Below, piece after piece: positions 12,719 through 26,343 of a stretch of 64,000 nucleotides of DNA. Source of the DNA: Paraspadella gotoi (Eukaryota > Animalia > Chaetognatha). Location: contig CM119265.1 of NCBI GenBank assembly GCA_051294375.1, positions 24,611,605-24,675,604 on the forward strand. The letters run 5' to 3'. Within the stretch, counting starts at the first letter, position 1; each line of letters starts with the position of its first letter. The position numbers and the translations under genes are program-made. The notes beneath the pieces were generated by a model that searched no databases, was not told where the DNA came from, and worked only from the letters and a program-made list of their open reading frames with translations.

Positions 12719-15456
12719 GAAGAGAGGTTGAGAATCAATCAATCAATCAATCAATTTGGCGGTCGAATTTGATAATAGAATTTTCACGATTGCTAGAATA
12801 ACGTTTTGTTTATAGATAATAAATAAGTTGAGCTCAGAAGGTTTTAAAATGACATTATTTATTTAGGTGTTGATAAAATTTATTGGTTTTTTCTTTTATT
12901 TATTTTAATAATACATATGTTTGAACATTAACTCGATAATTCATTAGTCCACCGAGTACAACCCAAGAAAAACTTTTTGATATCTTTGAACATGGTCGCC
13001 ATCTTTCTTTTTTCTATTCCTCCTTTTAGCATTTTTAGACTTATTTTTTTCTTTCTTTATCTTTTCTTCTTTTCTTTCCCTATTTGACATTATTTCTTAG
13101 CATAATGACAGAGATGATGAAGCGGCGATTTTTCCGCCGCTGCACATCCGGCGCTTCAAACCCCTCCCGCTACCGTTTTCGGGTCAATCCTTATATTTTT
13201 TTAGCCGGATCGCTTCGGTTTCGAGTGCACATCGCTTTCCTAGCTTAGATATTGAATATTTATAATTGACTTGATATTATTACCTTTTACACTTTCAAAA
13301 AATTCTTTTATATTTATATTTAAATTTACTTTATTATTGGGTAATCTAATATAGTTATCATATTATGAAAAATGTATTGTTTCCCAAATAATATAACCCG
13401 TCACTTAACCGCAAATGACCTTATCAATTCTTTCAAATCTCTCCTGTCCTTTACCTTCTAACTGTCCTCCACCCTCTTACCTCTGTCCTTTCTAAAACAC
13501 ATTTGTTTGGAACCTTTATCATCTTTCTCTCATCTCCTCTCTCTCAGTCTTCCTTCATGCAAATGTTTGGAAAAATTTACTAAGCCCTGATGAATGGGCT
13601 CGAAATTAGAAGTTGAAAAAAATGGTCGCGGTTTAAGTTTAATTAAAAAAAGTTTTAAGATGAGAGAGTGTTAAGAAAACCGGGAGAAGAGAGGGATAAA
13701 GTCAAGATAGATTGCTGTTTAAGATTTCACGAGCAATTCCTTTAGTACCAACTTAATACTTATGAGATTTTATAAAAAGAAAATATGAACATAATGTTTA
13801 GATTTCTTTCGTTTCATTTCAATTTTGAAAGTTAGAACATTAAATTTCTTTTTGGGTTATAAACGGTAAAAAGTTAATAATTATGAAAAAACGCATAATA
13901 TTAATCAATTATAGTTATTCAGGCTTCTTTCAGCACAAAATCAAATTTTATAGTTGAAAACTTGTACGCAAATTTTTTTAATGTTATATTGATTTTTTAA
14001 ACCCAGTTGTCAATCGCAAATAAAAAATTATTTTCAAACAGGTCCCTTAAATATTTTTTATCTGTTATTTTTGAAATGTTCAAAAAATGTATACATGTAA
14101 TTCTGAAATTTAAAAGGAAACACTTTGTTGTTAGGCTTTAAACTTTTATTCGCCGCGAATTATATAACTTAACATGCAATAAACATTGATAAACAAACAA
14201 ACCAAGGATCAAGTAGCCAATAAGAGGAAAAAACAAAGAAAACTGAAGAAAGACCTTTTTTAATAAATTAAGATTTAAACAAAATTAAACAAAAGTCACA
14301 AAACATACGGTTTGTTTCTGGAGAAAAAGAATCGCTTCAGCTATTTCTGGAGCCATGTCTCGAACGATATTCACAAAGAAATAGTTTGAGATGTGAAAAA
14401 TACGCTCAACTGAAACCTTTGCTTGGGGAGTGAACAACACCAATGGCGTGCACAGGTTTGTAATTATTTTGGGGATAAAGTTTAATTATTTCCCATTTTA
14501 CATCTTGCCCTTTCCACCCTTGCCATCTTTACTACATCAACAAGACCCATTTGAAATAAATAAACTCTGCAGGGTTCCTACGATTTCATTTGAAGTTTCA
14601 GGGGAGTCAAGAACTACAATCAAAGTCTGACAATTGCACTCAGTTGTTTTCTCACTTTAACTCAGTCCTGAGGAATGACATATCAAGGAAGAAAGCAAGA
14701 AGTTGAAATCGCTTCAGACGCAAATATATTTTTTTCAAGAATTTTCTTTAGCGTTTTTCTTTTTTTGTATGTTCGTTTAGAAGCAGACGAAGATCGTGGA
14801 TCAATCCATGTGGCGGCGATGAACACATGATTTTCGAACAACTTCTTTTCCCTCGTCTCGATTGAGCGGGCGACGTCGAGCCCCAAGTTGGTATTTAACT
14901 GTTTTCGACGGAAAATAACTTCTCTCCACTCGAGAAGGCACTCACACGGGTGTCCCTGGTTTTTTCCTTTTTGAAAAAGTTGGGAGTTGAAAGGGTGTTC
15001 CTTATGAGGAAATCTCGAGCGACCTAAGACACCAAATTCTCTAACATCTCCCCATTTTCACGGTCACTGAGTTGGGACTCCCTCACATGCCAAGTCCTTT
15101 ATGATTTCTTTCAGCTTCGAGAATCCGTTTTGGCTCACCAGATTTGCTTCCCCAGCGTGTTTTACTTAACTTGAGTGCTCCTTTTGTCCATAGCGTACTT
15201 TTAAGATGGCGATGAGTATTTGGAGAATCGGAGTTCCTGGGCCAATATGCTGAAGTTTTCCAAGAAAGGCCGCGGGCCTAACCGATTTTAAATACGATCT
15301 TACATACCATAGCTGAAGTTATGGGGCGGCAGCACTAAAAAGAGTAAAATTATATTTACTAATTTTAATAAAGGATCGAAAATTAAATGAGCAACTCCAC
15401 ACCAACCAAAATGTAATTCTTTTTAGAACCGGATCTACTTACAGCAGATTCCGGCT

Positions 15457-16150
15457 CTAAAATTCACTTTTTCGGTCCGTCCCCCAATCTGTTCGGTAAG
15501 TTCACTTAAATCATCTCAGAACATCGAATTTTTCTTTCTCTTCTTTCTTTGTTCTTCTTATTGTCTTTCGTTTTTTCTTTTTTTCTTTCTTCTTTCTCTT
15601 TCTTTTTTTATTTTTTTATTTTCCTTTCTTTTTTTTTATATTTTTAACTAACATTTTTTTCTTTCTTTGTTTTTTGAATTTTTACTTTCTAAATTCACTT
15701 TTCAGTCCCGTCCCTCAAATCTTATTGTACAGTAAGTCACTTAAATATGTCAGAACATAGAATTATCTTTCTTTTTATTTCTCCTTTCTTTTTTTCTTTC
15801 TCCCTTTTCTTTCTTTCTTTTTCTTTTTTTTTCTTTTCTTCTTTCTTTTTCTTTTTCCTTTCATTTCTTTTTTTTTTTAGATTTTTTTTTTTTAAATTTT
15901 AACAATTTTTTCTTTCTTTTGTTTTTTTAATTTTTTTCTTTTTAAAAATTCACTTTTTTCGTCCGTGCCTTCCAATCTTATGTCAGTTTTGGGAAGATCA
16001 CTTATATCATGTCAGAAAATTGAATTATTTTTTTTCTCTCTTTCTTTTTCTTTCTTTTGTTTATCTTTCTTTTCTTTCTTTCTTTCTTTTTTTTTCCTAT
16101 CCTTTTTTTCTTTTTTTGATTCTCTTTCATTTCTTTTTTAAAAAACTTTT
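15457..16150. repeat. Three degenerate tandem copies of a ~240-bp unit upstream of the oxygenase
   Basis: AAATTCACTTTT.GTCCGT...CACTTA.AT.ATGTCAGAA motif recurs at ~15460, ~15690 and ~15946, each followed by a T/C-rich tract. Confidence 0.7.
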
Positions 16151-16886
16151 ATCATTTTTTTTCTTTCTTTGGTTTTTAAGAGAAGAACTTTAAAAAAATT
16201 CAGTGAAATGTGACTTTTCTTTTTTTTCCATTTTCCGCTCGCAACGATCCATGCTAAACTTATATCTAAGCTTAATCACACACTTTCCTAAACCCACACA
16301 AAATTTCATTTGAATCTATCTATCCAATTAATGATGAATTAAAGTAATTATGAATTTTAATTAGTAAAATTAATTCAATAAAAATGTGACTTTTGTTTTT
16401 TTAATTTATTAATATCATACCATCAATCACAGAGTAATTTGAGTTTTTTGTTTATGGGGGGACAGGATGGAGGTCTGACGAACGTAGGGTCGAACGGAAC
16501 GTACGAATGGAATGAATGAATGAAAATACTGGAAAAAATGGGAAAAAATGAACGAATATGATAAATGAAAAGTCGAGAAAAAAAACAAAATGAATCAAAG
16601 AATCGCGAACCCGGGGGGAAATTATCAGCTTCCGGGTTCAATCCCTAATTCTCAATTTTTTTTTCAATCGCTCCCACTTTCGGGTTTTTTCAAAATTCGG
16701 CCGCTTCCACGCAGTGTTTCGGTTTCGCTTTCGCGGATCGCTATCCACATCTCTGGATATGACAGCCTTGTTTCTTTTTTGATTTTTTCCTTTTGACATT
16801 CTATGACATGGCCGCCTTATTTTCGCTGTATTTCAACTTAATTTGTTTGGAACACTTTGATGATCACAGGGCGGGTCCTTCCAAGC

Positions 16887-19800
16887 ATGGTCCCCGTCTT
16901 CTGCCTTCCTCCTGCATCTTCTCTCAATCTGCCACGCAGGCCACGAAGGATGAGATTCTCGTCCAACGAGGAGACCTCGGAATTCCTCGATCTTTCCGTT
17001 GAAGTGGCGCTCGGGGATCTTCCCGAGCCGCCGTCCCCTTCTTGGCATCAAAGGGTCGATTGATGCAAAAAACGGAAGTCCGGAAAATGGATTTCGGCGG
17101 AGAGAGAACGCTTAACCTCTTGGATGGACGGATGGGCCAAGTTGCAACCGTTCAAGTTTCGACGGAGCCGAAAATGACGTTCGTTATTCGGGACGATTTG
17201 TTAAAACCGCTCTGTACAATCAAAGTCTCCAGGCCGGAGATTTGGTTCCCATGGCAACGCTGGCTCCGGTTGGACCCAAAGATTGGAGTTGGACGGAAAC
17301 GGCTCGCGCGGTTATGAACGGATTCGAAAACACAAACGTCAACGTGTGGAGATATTCGGGGACGGAATCGCCCGTCGAGGATGAGTACGTGGCCAATACG
17401 GACGCGCCTTTCGTCAACAAGTTCGATCCAGAGACGTTGGCCTTCGAGGAGACCGTCTTCCAGGATCGAAAGGCCATCATGTCCTCGGCCCATCCCTTGC
17501 GAGAACCCGGCACAGGAAACACCATAGATTTTCTCACCGCTTACGATTGGACGATGTCGCCGACATTCACGGTTTATCGTTACACGAGTTACGAAGACGC
17601 TCGAGTCGTTGCGACTTTTCGTCCTCGTCGAATGTCTTACATTCACTCGTTTTCGATCACGGAGAATCACGCCGTCTTTTTCTTCTATCCAGTCACGATA
17701 AGGGGAGGAAGGAGGGGAGGGAAAAAGAGTTTAAAATGTATTAAATAAAGTAATGAACGATTAGTGATTAGACATTAAAATAATAAAAAAATAAAATTAA
17801 AGTAGGTCATGAAAATTTCAGTCAAACTATAAATAATATGATTTTGATTTGATTATATTTTCGTTTAGTTACGAAACCGGATAGGTAAAATATTTTTTTT
17901 AAATTTCAATCACCGGTCATTAATTAATAATTTTATTTATCATTTTAAACATAACAAAATCTTAACTACTTGATTCCCCTTCCCTCTTACTCCTTCTCCC
18001 TTCTTCCCGAGTCTGATGAAAATGATGACCAACGGCTTCCATCCGATCGACGCAATGCAATGGAACCAAGACGCCGCCACCGACGTCTACGTCGTCCACC
18101 TCAAAACCGGCGCCGTCGAACTCGTCGGCGAGACACGCCCCTTTTTCTCCGCCCATCACGCCAACGCCTTCGAACGGGACGGCGTCATCGTCGTCGACGT
18201 TTGCGAGACATTCTTCCAAACATTCCGGACATACTTTAACATGGTCAACATTCTTTCTCCCAAGAGCAGCGGTGCGGACAGGGGATTGAACAGGCTGCGA
18301 AGATTCCTCATCGATCTCTCGACAAAGAGAATCTTCGAGAAGGAGATTAAAAGTCAGGAGGCGTCGCCGCCTTTGGGGGACACCATGGAATTTCCAACCA
18401 TCAATGAGGCCTTTCGTGGACGAAGGTGATATAATGATAAATGATAGATTATCATTATGACCAAAAAACGGACGGACGGAGTGACGGAGGTAAATGATAG
18501 ATTGATTTATATGGATATATATGGATATATAACTTGTAAGAGTGATNNNNNNNNNNNNNNNNNNNNNNNNNNNNNNNNNNNNNNNNNNNNNNNNNNNNNN
18601 NNNNNNNNNNNNNNNNNNNNNNNNNNNNNNNNNNNNNNNNNNNNNNNNNNNNNNNNNNNNNNNNNNNNNNNNNNNNNNNNNNNNNNNNNNNNNNNNNNNN
18701 NNNNNNNNNNNNNNNNNNNNNNNNNNNNNNNNNNNNNNNNNNNNNNNNNNNNNNNNNNNNNNNNNNNNNNNNNNNNNNNNNNNNNNNNNNNNNNNNNNNN
18801 NNNNNNNNNNNNNNNNNNNNNNNNNNNNNNNNNNNNNNNNNNNNNNNNNNNNNNNNNNNNNNNNNNNNNNNNNNNNNNNNNNNNNNNNNNNNNNNNNNNN
18901 NNNNNNNNNNNNNNNNNNNNNNNNNNNNNNNNNNNNNNNNNNNNNNNNNNNNNNNNNNNNNNNNNNNNNNNNNNNNNNNNNNNNNNNNNNNNNNNNNNNN
19001 NNNNNNNNNNNNNNNNNNNNNNNNNNNNNNNNNNNNNNNNNNNNNNNNNNNNNNNNNNNNNNNNNNNNNNNNNNNNNNNNNNNNNNNNNNNNNNNNNNNN
19101 NNNNTGAATGGATAATTTTTATATTGGTTGTACCAATTTCCTAAGGATATACGATTTACAATTTATTGGCTGGATTATTTAATGGATAAGTGTTAGATTA
19201 AGACAGAAAAAAAGTTATCGAAATACCAATGACTGTGCCAATAAATTGTGGATCGTTTATAAAGGATTTAATTGAACTGTTATTACGGCACAAATACGGT
19301 ACTTCATTGATAAGGAAGCCTGGTACTCTGGGAGTGAATAAACGAGACTGTGAGAGAGACTTGATGCACTGCTATGTCATTATCTTTTAAGAGTGATGGA
19401 GGCCTTAAAGCACCAAAGCCTGTCCAAAGTCAGGGGCAAGATAGCTTATTTATTAAATGAATGAATAAATTTTATATCGGTTGTACCAATTTCATAATAA
19501 TACTAGCTAAGAAAATAAAAATAATATAATAAAGTAAGTCAGTAAAAATCATTATTTTCTCGCATATAACATTTTTTTGTTTCCACCAATAACAAATCAT
19601 GATTTGGATTATTATACTTTTACAACAAACAACTCATTCTTGAAAACAACGAAGGATAATTTTTTTCCAAGAATTTGTTCGAGACGAGAAAGAAATGACT
19701 TTTCCAAATCTAAAACTCTTCTTTTTTCTCTTTTTCCCCTTTTCCCTCGTCTTTTCTTCCCCTACCCCGCTCCACCTTCCACCTTCCACCCTCCACCCTC

Positions 19801-20131
19801 CACCATCCTCTCCACCCCAACCAGCTACTGCTTCCTCTACGGCATCGTCTTTATCGACTACATTCGCCAAACGCTCGTCAAGCGATCTCTATGCGACCCG
19901 ACCAAAGACCGCGCCCTCTCCGAGCCCGGCCATTTCTATTCCGAGATGAGCTTCGCGGCGCGCCCCGACGCCGCTTCCGAGGACGACGGCGTCTTGGCGA
20001 CGGTGGGGTTCGACGGCGCCGCGGGGAAATCCTATTTGATGCTGATTGACGCGGAAACGTTCGTGGAGATCGATCGAGCCTTTCTGCCGCATCGGATGCC
20101 GATGTCGTTTCACGGAAGGTTTTTCGATTGA
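16887..20131 (+). CDS. Carotenoid cleavage oxygenase family (RPE65/BCO/CCD superfamily) protein, probably with signal peptide; 5' part frameshifted in this assembly
   Basis: Exons ~16887-17702, 18012-18425 and 19825-20131 (TGA). Four Fe-ligand His motifs: SSAHP (17491), SYIHSF (17644), FSAHHANAFE (18154) and PMSFHGRF (20111). Also ENTNVNVW, MEFPTIN, FYSEMSF and SEDDGVL. The frame is clean from 17161; 16887-17160 needs several frameshifts (KGRLMQ-NG, DG-WAKL). Confidence 0.9.
18533..19495 (+). mobile_element. Dispersed repeat family copies in oxygenase intron 2 (partly in gap)
   Basis: CTTGTAAGAGTGAT before the gap, terminal motif at 19104-19140, and a second core at ~19300-19495 matching 30255-30464. 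Confidence 0.7.
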
Positions 20132-21570
20132 AGACCGAGTTGAGGCGNNNNNNNNNNNNNNNNNNNNNNNNNNNNNNNNNNNNNNNNNNNNNNNNNNNNN
20201 NNNNNNNNNNNNNNNNNNNNNNNNCTTTTTTCTTTTAATTGTCGTTTTCTTACTGCAAAAAGGAGCAGATAGCATCACAATTTTTTCACCATTTCTTAGT
20301 TATATTTAGTTTTTTAGACACGGCCAGTTGNNNNNNNNNNNNNNNNNNNNNNNNNNNNNNNNNNNNNNNNNNNNNNNNNNNNNNNNNNNNNNNNNNNNNN
20401 NNNNNNNNNNNNNNNNNNNNNNNNNNNNNNNNNNNNNNNNNNNNNNNNNNNNNNNNNNNNNNNNNNNNNNNNNNNNNNNNNNNNNNNNNNNNNNNNNNNN
20501 NNNNNNNNNNNNNNNNNNNNNNNNNNNNNNNNNNNNNNNNNNNNNNNNNNNNNNNNNNNNNNNNNNNNNNNNNNNNNNNNNNNNNNNNNNNNNNNNNNNN
20601 NNNNNNNNNNNNNNNNNNNNNNNNNNNNNNNNNNNNNCACGGCCAGTTGGAAACTAGCATAACATCGTTTTATTTTGTATTTTAATCCTATTTTCTTTTG
20701 TTCCTTTTACTTCAAAGTCACAAATTCACCCCAACTCGATTATTTTTTGAGTCTAATTAAAAAATGAGAAAAATAATTAATTGAAGAAATCGAGTATTTT
20801 TGTTTTAACGTTTTTTATAATTTTCTAGATTAAATTCTTCTCGATCATTAAAAAAATTTTAAAATCAATTTCCCAAAATAAAATTAGAAAAAACTTAAAA
20901 ACTTTGACGTCACAGCTGCGAGCTTTTCATCCTGTAGACTCGTAGAGCCACTCCGAAGCGAGGTCGGCGACCGACCAAATCTGCAGACTTCGCCCGCCGA
21001 TGTAGTTCGTCGACGCAGACAACATCTGCAGACATCATCTGCAGACATCGTCCGCAAACGAAGTCAGCAATGGTTCCCCCAATTCTTTTCTCACCTAATC
21101 TGCCTTTCTACGTCTCCTCATTTCTTCATCTCTTTTCCTCTCTACCTCTCTCTCTCTCTNNNNNNNNNNNNNNNNNNNNNNNNNNNNNNNNNNNNNNNNN
21201 NNNNNNNNNNNNNNNNNNNNNNNNNNNNNNNNNNNNNNNNNNNNNNNNNNNNNNNNNNNNNNNNNNNNNNNNNNNNNNNNNNNNNNNNNNNNNNNNNNNN
21301 NNNNNNNNNNNNNNNNNNNNNNNNNNNNNNNNNNNNNNNNNNNNNNNNNNNNNNNNNNNNNNNNNNNNNNNNNNNNNNNNNNNNNNNNNNNGAGAGAGAG
21401 AGAGAGAGAGAGAGAAAACAAACCAACGCGACGGTGTGTTTTGGAACCGACTTCAGTCTGTTTTTATGTTGTTTTTTGTCGTCGTCGTTGTTGTTGTTGT
21501 TTTTTTCGTCTTGTTTTGATTCCCTTCGCGCGTCAGACGCTACCGACTCCATTTCTTTTATTTGTTTTTA

Positions 21571-21629
<59 letters not shown>

Positions 21630-21785
21630 AACCTGCCAAGCCATATCTTTTTTGTCAAAATAGGCTAAAATATATTTATATCAGCCGATCTATAAATGAC
21701 GCTATAAAATTATAGATTATAATTTAAAACCACGATTCCATTATGCAAATTTAATTTTTCTTCCCCTCTTCAGTCATAAAACAAA

Positions 21786-22870
21786 ATGTATTCCCCAAAC
21801 TTTCTCCTCCTCTTCCTCCTTCCATTCATCGGCGCCAAAAGTCTGACCGGAAACGATAACGACAACAACGACAACAACTACCACGCCCCCTCCGTCTCCG
21901 GCAACGACATCGTGGACGACTTCCTTCAAAACGTCAGCTTCAAACTCGACGAGCGATTCGAGCCGATCGCTCTGCCCTCCATCGTTCACGGATTCGAGAA
22001 GAAACTGATACTCGTGACGGTGAAAGGCGAAGCCAAGTTGTACGAGGGTTGGCTGGCGGGGTTCTCCTCGTTGCACAGGAACCAGGACGCCTCGTTGGTG
22101 GAATACCCGGGAGGGGTCATGCTGAAGGCCCCGCTGGGGGTGTCCAATTTGTTGGGGAATTATAAGGTAAAGGGAGGAGAAGGTTTTGAAGAAGCAATGG
22201 GGGATGAATGAATGAATGAATGAATGAGTAAATGAATGAATGAATGAATGAATGAGTCAATGAATGAATGAATGAATGAATGAATGAATGAATGAATGAA
22301 TGAATGAATGAATGAATGAATGAATGAATTAATGAATTAATGAATGAATAAAGCTATCAATTATGTTTTTCTTAATAATAAATCAAAATGTTTTATCATT
22401 AAACTTTAAGGAGTATATCAACGCAGAGAATGGATTATCAAGTAGCTTTACTCTCTTATATTTTTTTTTTTGTTACCAAAAATTTGACAACGTTGATTAA
22501 AGGATTTTAAATTCACCCTGGACCCCTTAACTTTCCTCTCCTCCACCCCCCCCCGCAACAGGGCCACGTGAAATTCATGAACCTCGGTCCCGCCATCCAG
22601 GTCACCGTCAAACTCTCAACCCTTTCAGCGCTGATGTATTTGCTGCAGTCGGATTCCGATGCTGGAGCGAGACTGACATCCCTCAGCATCACTCGCGTAG
22701 GTGAGATCGAAGTCGTCGTCGAGGGACTCGGGGTGTTGGACTGGATCCTCACTCCCTTCAACACTCTCATCGTCAAGACCTTCAAGAAGTTCATCTGGAG
22801 CTTCTTGGAACGGCCCGTCAAGGAGTGGCTGGGGGAACAGATCGCCTTGGCTAAAATTTCGTTGAGATGA
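21786..22870 (+). CDS. Secreted single-domain group-7 allergen (Der p 7-like, TULIP fold) protein, 229 aa, cluster gene 3
   Basis: Exons 21786-22166 (MYSPNFLLLFLLPFIGA signal; NDIVDDFL, EPIALP, VKGEAKLYEGWLAGFSSLHR) and 22562-22870 (GHVKFMNLGP...GLGVLDWILTP, TGA). Phase-0 GT..CAG intron. Clearly similar to the C-terminal domains of genes 1, 4 and 5. Confidence 0.88.
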
Positions 22871-23900
22871 TAGGCATTGAGAAGGGGGAAGTTTGGGGGA
22901 AAATTTGTGGGTTGTGGCAGCAAGACTTAAGGCTGCCTCATAGCTGTCCGTCCTCAGCCTCGTCTCAATGACTGAGCAGGCTAAATTATCTCGTTACAAT
23001 TTTAAAATGTTAAAATTACATTTTTTGTTTAACTTTTTCAGCTCAATCAGAATCAATTAAAAAAAAACTTAAAACCTAAAACTTTAGAGAAAAGTTTGAT
23101 ATGAATTCCACAACGATTTATTTGAAACCACAATCTCAACCACAACGAAACGAAAGGATTATAATATCTAATAACCTAAAACTTAAAATATAAAACAAAA
23201 TTTTGACATTATATAACAATATAATAATTTTAATTAGCGAATTATTCATGGTTCGGAACATTTTTGCAAAAAAAAAAAATTTTAACACAATAACTAATAC
23301 CAATAATGGATTTCTTTAATGCTGTACTTATTGAAATTGAAATTTGAATTTGGTCGGCTCGCCCTATCGTTGCCCTAAGGGTTTTTTTTTGTTTTTTTTT
23401 TTTTCACGCAAATTTTTGGAGATCCGCAATTATTATTTTCTTATCTCGGAACAAGAAAATTCGATCTTAGCCATTGTGGTTTTTATTAATTTATTCCTCT
23501 ATGTCTTTTTTTAAACATTGTCAAAATTATCCGATTCTGAACCGAATTCTTTTCGAAACTAAAATCAGAACCTGAGACTTTAACTTGTTAACTTGTTAAC
23601 TTGATAAATTGTTAACTTGTTAATTACTGACATTTTTTATCTAGTTTAGAATTAACGATTTCGGGAGCAGGTGACGCTTTCTCGTGGGACAAGANNNNNN
23701 NNNNNNNNNNNNNNNNNNNNNNNNNNNNNNNNNNNNNNNNNNNNNNNNNNNNNNNNNNNNNNNNNNNNNNNNNNNNNNNNNNNNNNNNNNNNNNNNNNNN
23801 NNNNNNNNNNNNNNNNNNNNNNNNNNNNNNNNNNNNNNNNNNNNNNNNNNNNNNNNNNNNNNNNNNNNNNNNNNNNNATTTCACCTCCCGACCTCCAACG

Positions 23901-24854
23901 ATGCATCTCCTCAACGTCTCCCTCTCTCTCCTCCTAATCGTCTCCCTCTCCGTCGACGCCGCCACGGATGGCGCCGTCCGCGCCGCCTTGCGTCGTCTCC
24001 AAAAGGGCGCCGCCTCCGAGGCCTTCGATCGCGTGACGCTGCCCGGTTTCGATCGACGCGCCGTCGCCAACCATTTTGACGTCAACTTCCGGTTCGAAAG
24101 GGGCGTGGCGACGGAGCTGAGCAAGTTCGACGTTCGCGGCGTCAAAGTCGACGCCGCGGGCGGCGTGGAGATTCGAGCGGCGCTGCCGATGATTAATTTG
24201 GGCGCCGATTATGTCCTCAACGGGACGCTGCTCGGTTTGCCGGTGAAGGGCGCCGGAAGTGCGGATTTGAATGTAATGGACGTCGTGGTTGAGACAAGAG
24301 GTATTGTAATGTGATACAATGTAATGAAATGGAATTGTAATGTAATGTAATATAAGGTATGGTAATGTAATGTAATGGAAAGTAATGTNNNNNNNNNNTG
24401 TAATGTAATGTAATGTTGCGGTATGAGAGACAATTATAATAAATTATAATGTTTAAAAGGAGAGGAAAAAATTAAGCATTTTTTTCAATGAAATCAATTA
24501 GCTAAATATTAATCTGAACTTCAAATAATTTTTTTTTTTTCACATTAAATTTTCAAAGGCGTCTGCTCCGCCGACGGAGCGAAACTACGGACAACGATGA
24601 CCCTCGGTTCCAGCCAATTGTTGCTGCAGTGGCTGCCGCAAACGGACGGCATTTTCCGCAAGATGCTGAAACACTTTGCAGACAAAGTCTTCGAACACTA
24701 CCGCCCTCTGTTGGAAGAGTCCTTCAGTCGCGGGATCGAGAGAGAATTGGAGAAGGGTGGCGACGAAGGCCCTCAGCGCTTCGGGGCCAGCGGCATGCCG
24801 GCCGGTTTAAAGAAATTGTAAATGTTAAATGATAAACGATTACAAAGAGGCGAA

Positions 24855-24948
<94 letters not shown>

Positions 24949-25995
24949 GAGCAGAGACAGCCAACATCATTGTAATTTTTTTTGTTTTTCCAACTAAATT
25001 CAATGTTATTAGTTTATGATAAATCATTTATTTATTCAATTAATTCCGTTCCACAGCGTTCTCCCTCTTCGAAGCGGGCAACGCCAACGAATTCCTCGAT
25101 CAAATGATCGCCAATGCCCGACCGGCTCTGGCCGACAACGACCCCATTTCTCTGCCCGACGCCCGCTACGGCTTCGATAAGAACGTCCTCGGCGTTCGAG
25201 TCCACGGCGAAGCCAAGGCCTTCGGCGGGTCGTTGGCCGGCATCCAGACGCTACACCGGACGGGCGATTCCGAGCTGACGCAGTCCGAAGACTTGACGCA
25301 GTTGAACATCAAGGCGCATCTGGGGATGGCGCATTTGCACGGGCACTACAAGTAAGGGGGGAGGCGGAGGGGGAAGTGGTGGTTGTGAGAGCGAGGGGGT
25401 TGGGTTCAGTGGGTGCGAGGTGAGAGACGTTTAGAGGATGTTGGGGGGAAATGGGAGTGGTGTGGCCAATCCTAAATTCGCCTCCGGTAAAGCTTGGAGA
25501 AACTCAGCTCACCCCATTGTCTTGGACAGCTAAGTAAGCGTTCACCAAGCATTAGTTCCGGGTTCAATACCCTCACGGTTAAAGTGACATGTGGTGGTCA
25601 CTCCAGGTTCAAATCCCTGAGCGCCATCTGTCGGGAGATGCCTCACACATCGGGCATCACGGTGGTCCATTTGAATTTGGATTTAATGTGTCGGGGATTT
25701 GGCGATGGTTACGCTGATGGGCTTGGCAATACAGATAGTGTTAATTGGCATGGTGTGTCTGCAATTGGGACTTTTGCAAGGAGACAGGGGTTCATGCTGG
25801 TGGTTAACGCTGAATAGGTTAATTGAATTCATAAACCTAAATGGTTGGCAACAAAATAACAAAAGATCAGAATTTACATAACGACGCCAAGTATCGCACG
25901 CGTACGACCTCTCTTTACAGTCTTGAAGAAACGAATAACCTAAGTTTTGATTTGAAAAGTCACCATTGATTTTTGAATGTGGAATGTGGATATTC

Positions 25996-26032
<37 letters not shown>

Positions 26033-26309
26033 TTAACGCGAATAGGTTAATTGAATTCATAAACCCTAAATGGCTGTGCAACAAACTAATAACAATAAGT
26101 CAGAATTTGACATAACCCCCGACCTGCCATAACCGGCCACCGCAACCTCGTCCTCACGATCCCTCTCTTTACCAGTCTTGAGAGAACAGATAACCTAAGT
26201 TTGATTGAAAAAAGTCACCAGTGTTGATTTTGTTGAATGTGGAATTCGTGGATATTCTATAGTCTCGTCTCCTCTTCTCTCTCTCTCTCTCTCTCTCATC
26301 TCTCTCTCA

Positions 26310-26343
<34 letters not shown>

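Noticed and set aside
12215-12742. Minus-strand ORFs overlapping exons (also 17152-17670, 22513-22923, 31269-31820, 33957-34289)
   Set aside because: Antisense shadows of GC3-rich plus-strand exons.
13583-13612. Hammerhead ribozyme core (CTGATGA...GAAA)
   Set aside because: No convincing stem II or stem III pairing could be found by eye.
25803-26300. Tandem ~230-bp duplication in gene 4 intron 3
   Set aside because: The second copy is an insertion-rich version of the first next to a gap, so it is probably an assembly artefact.
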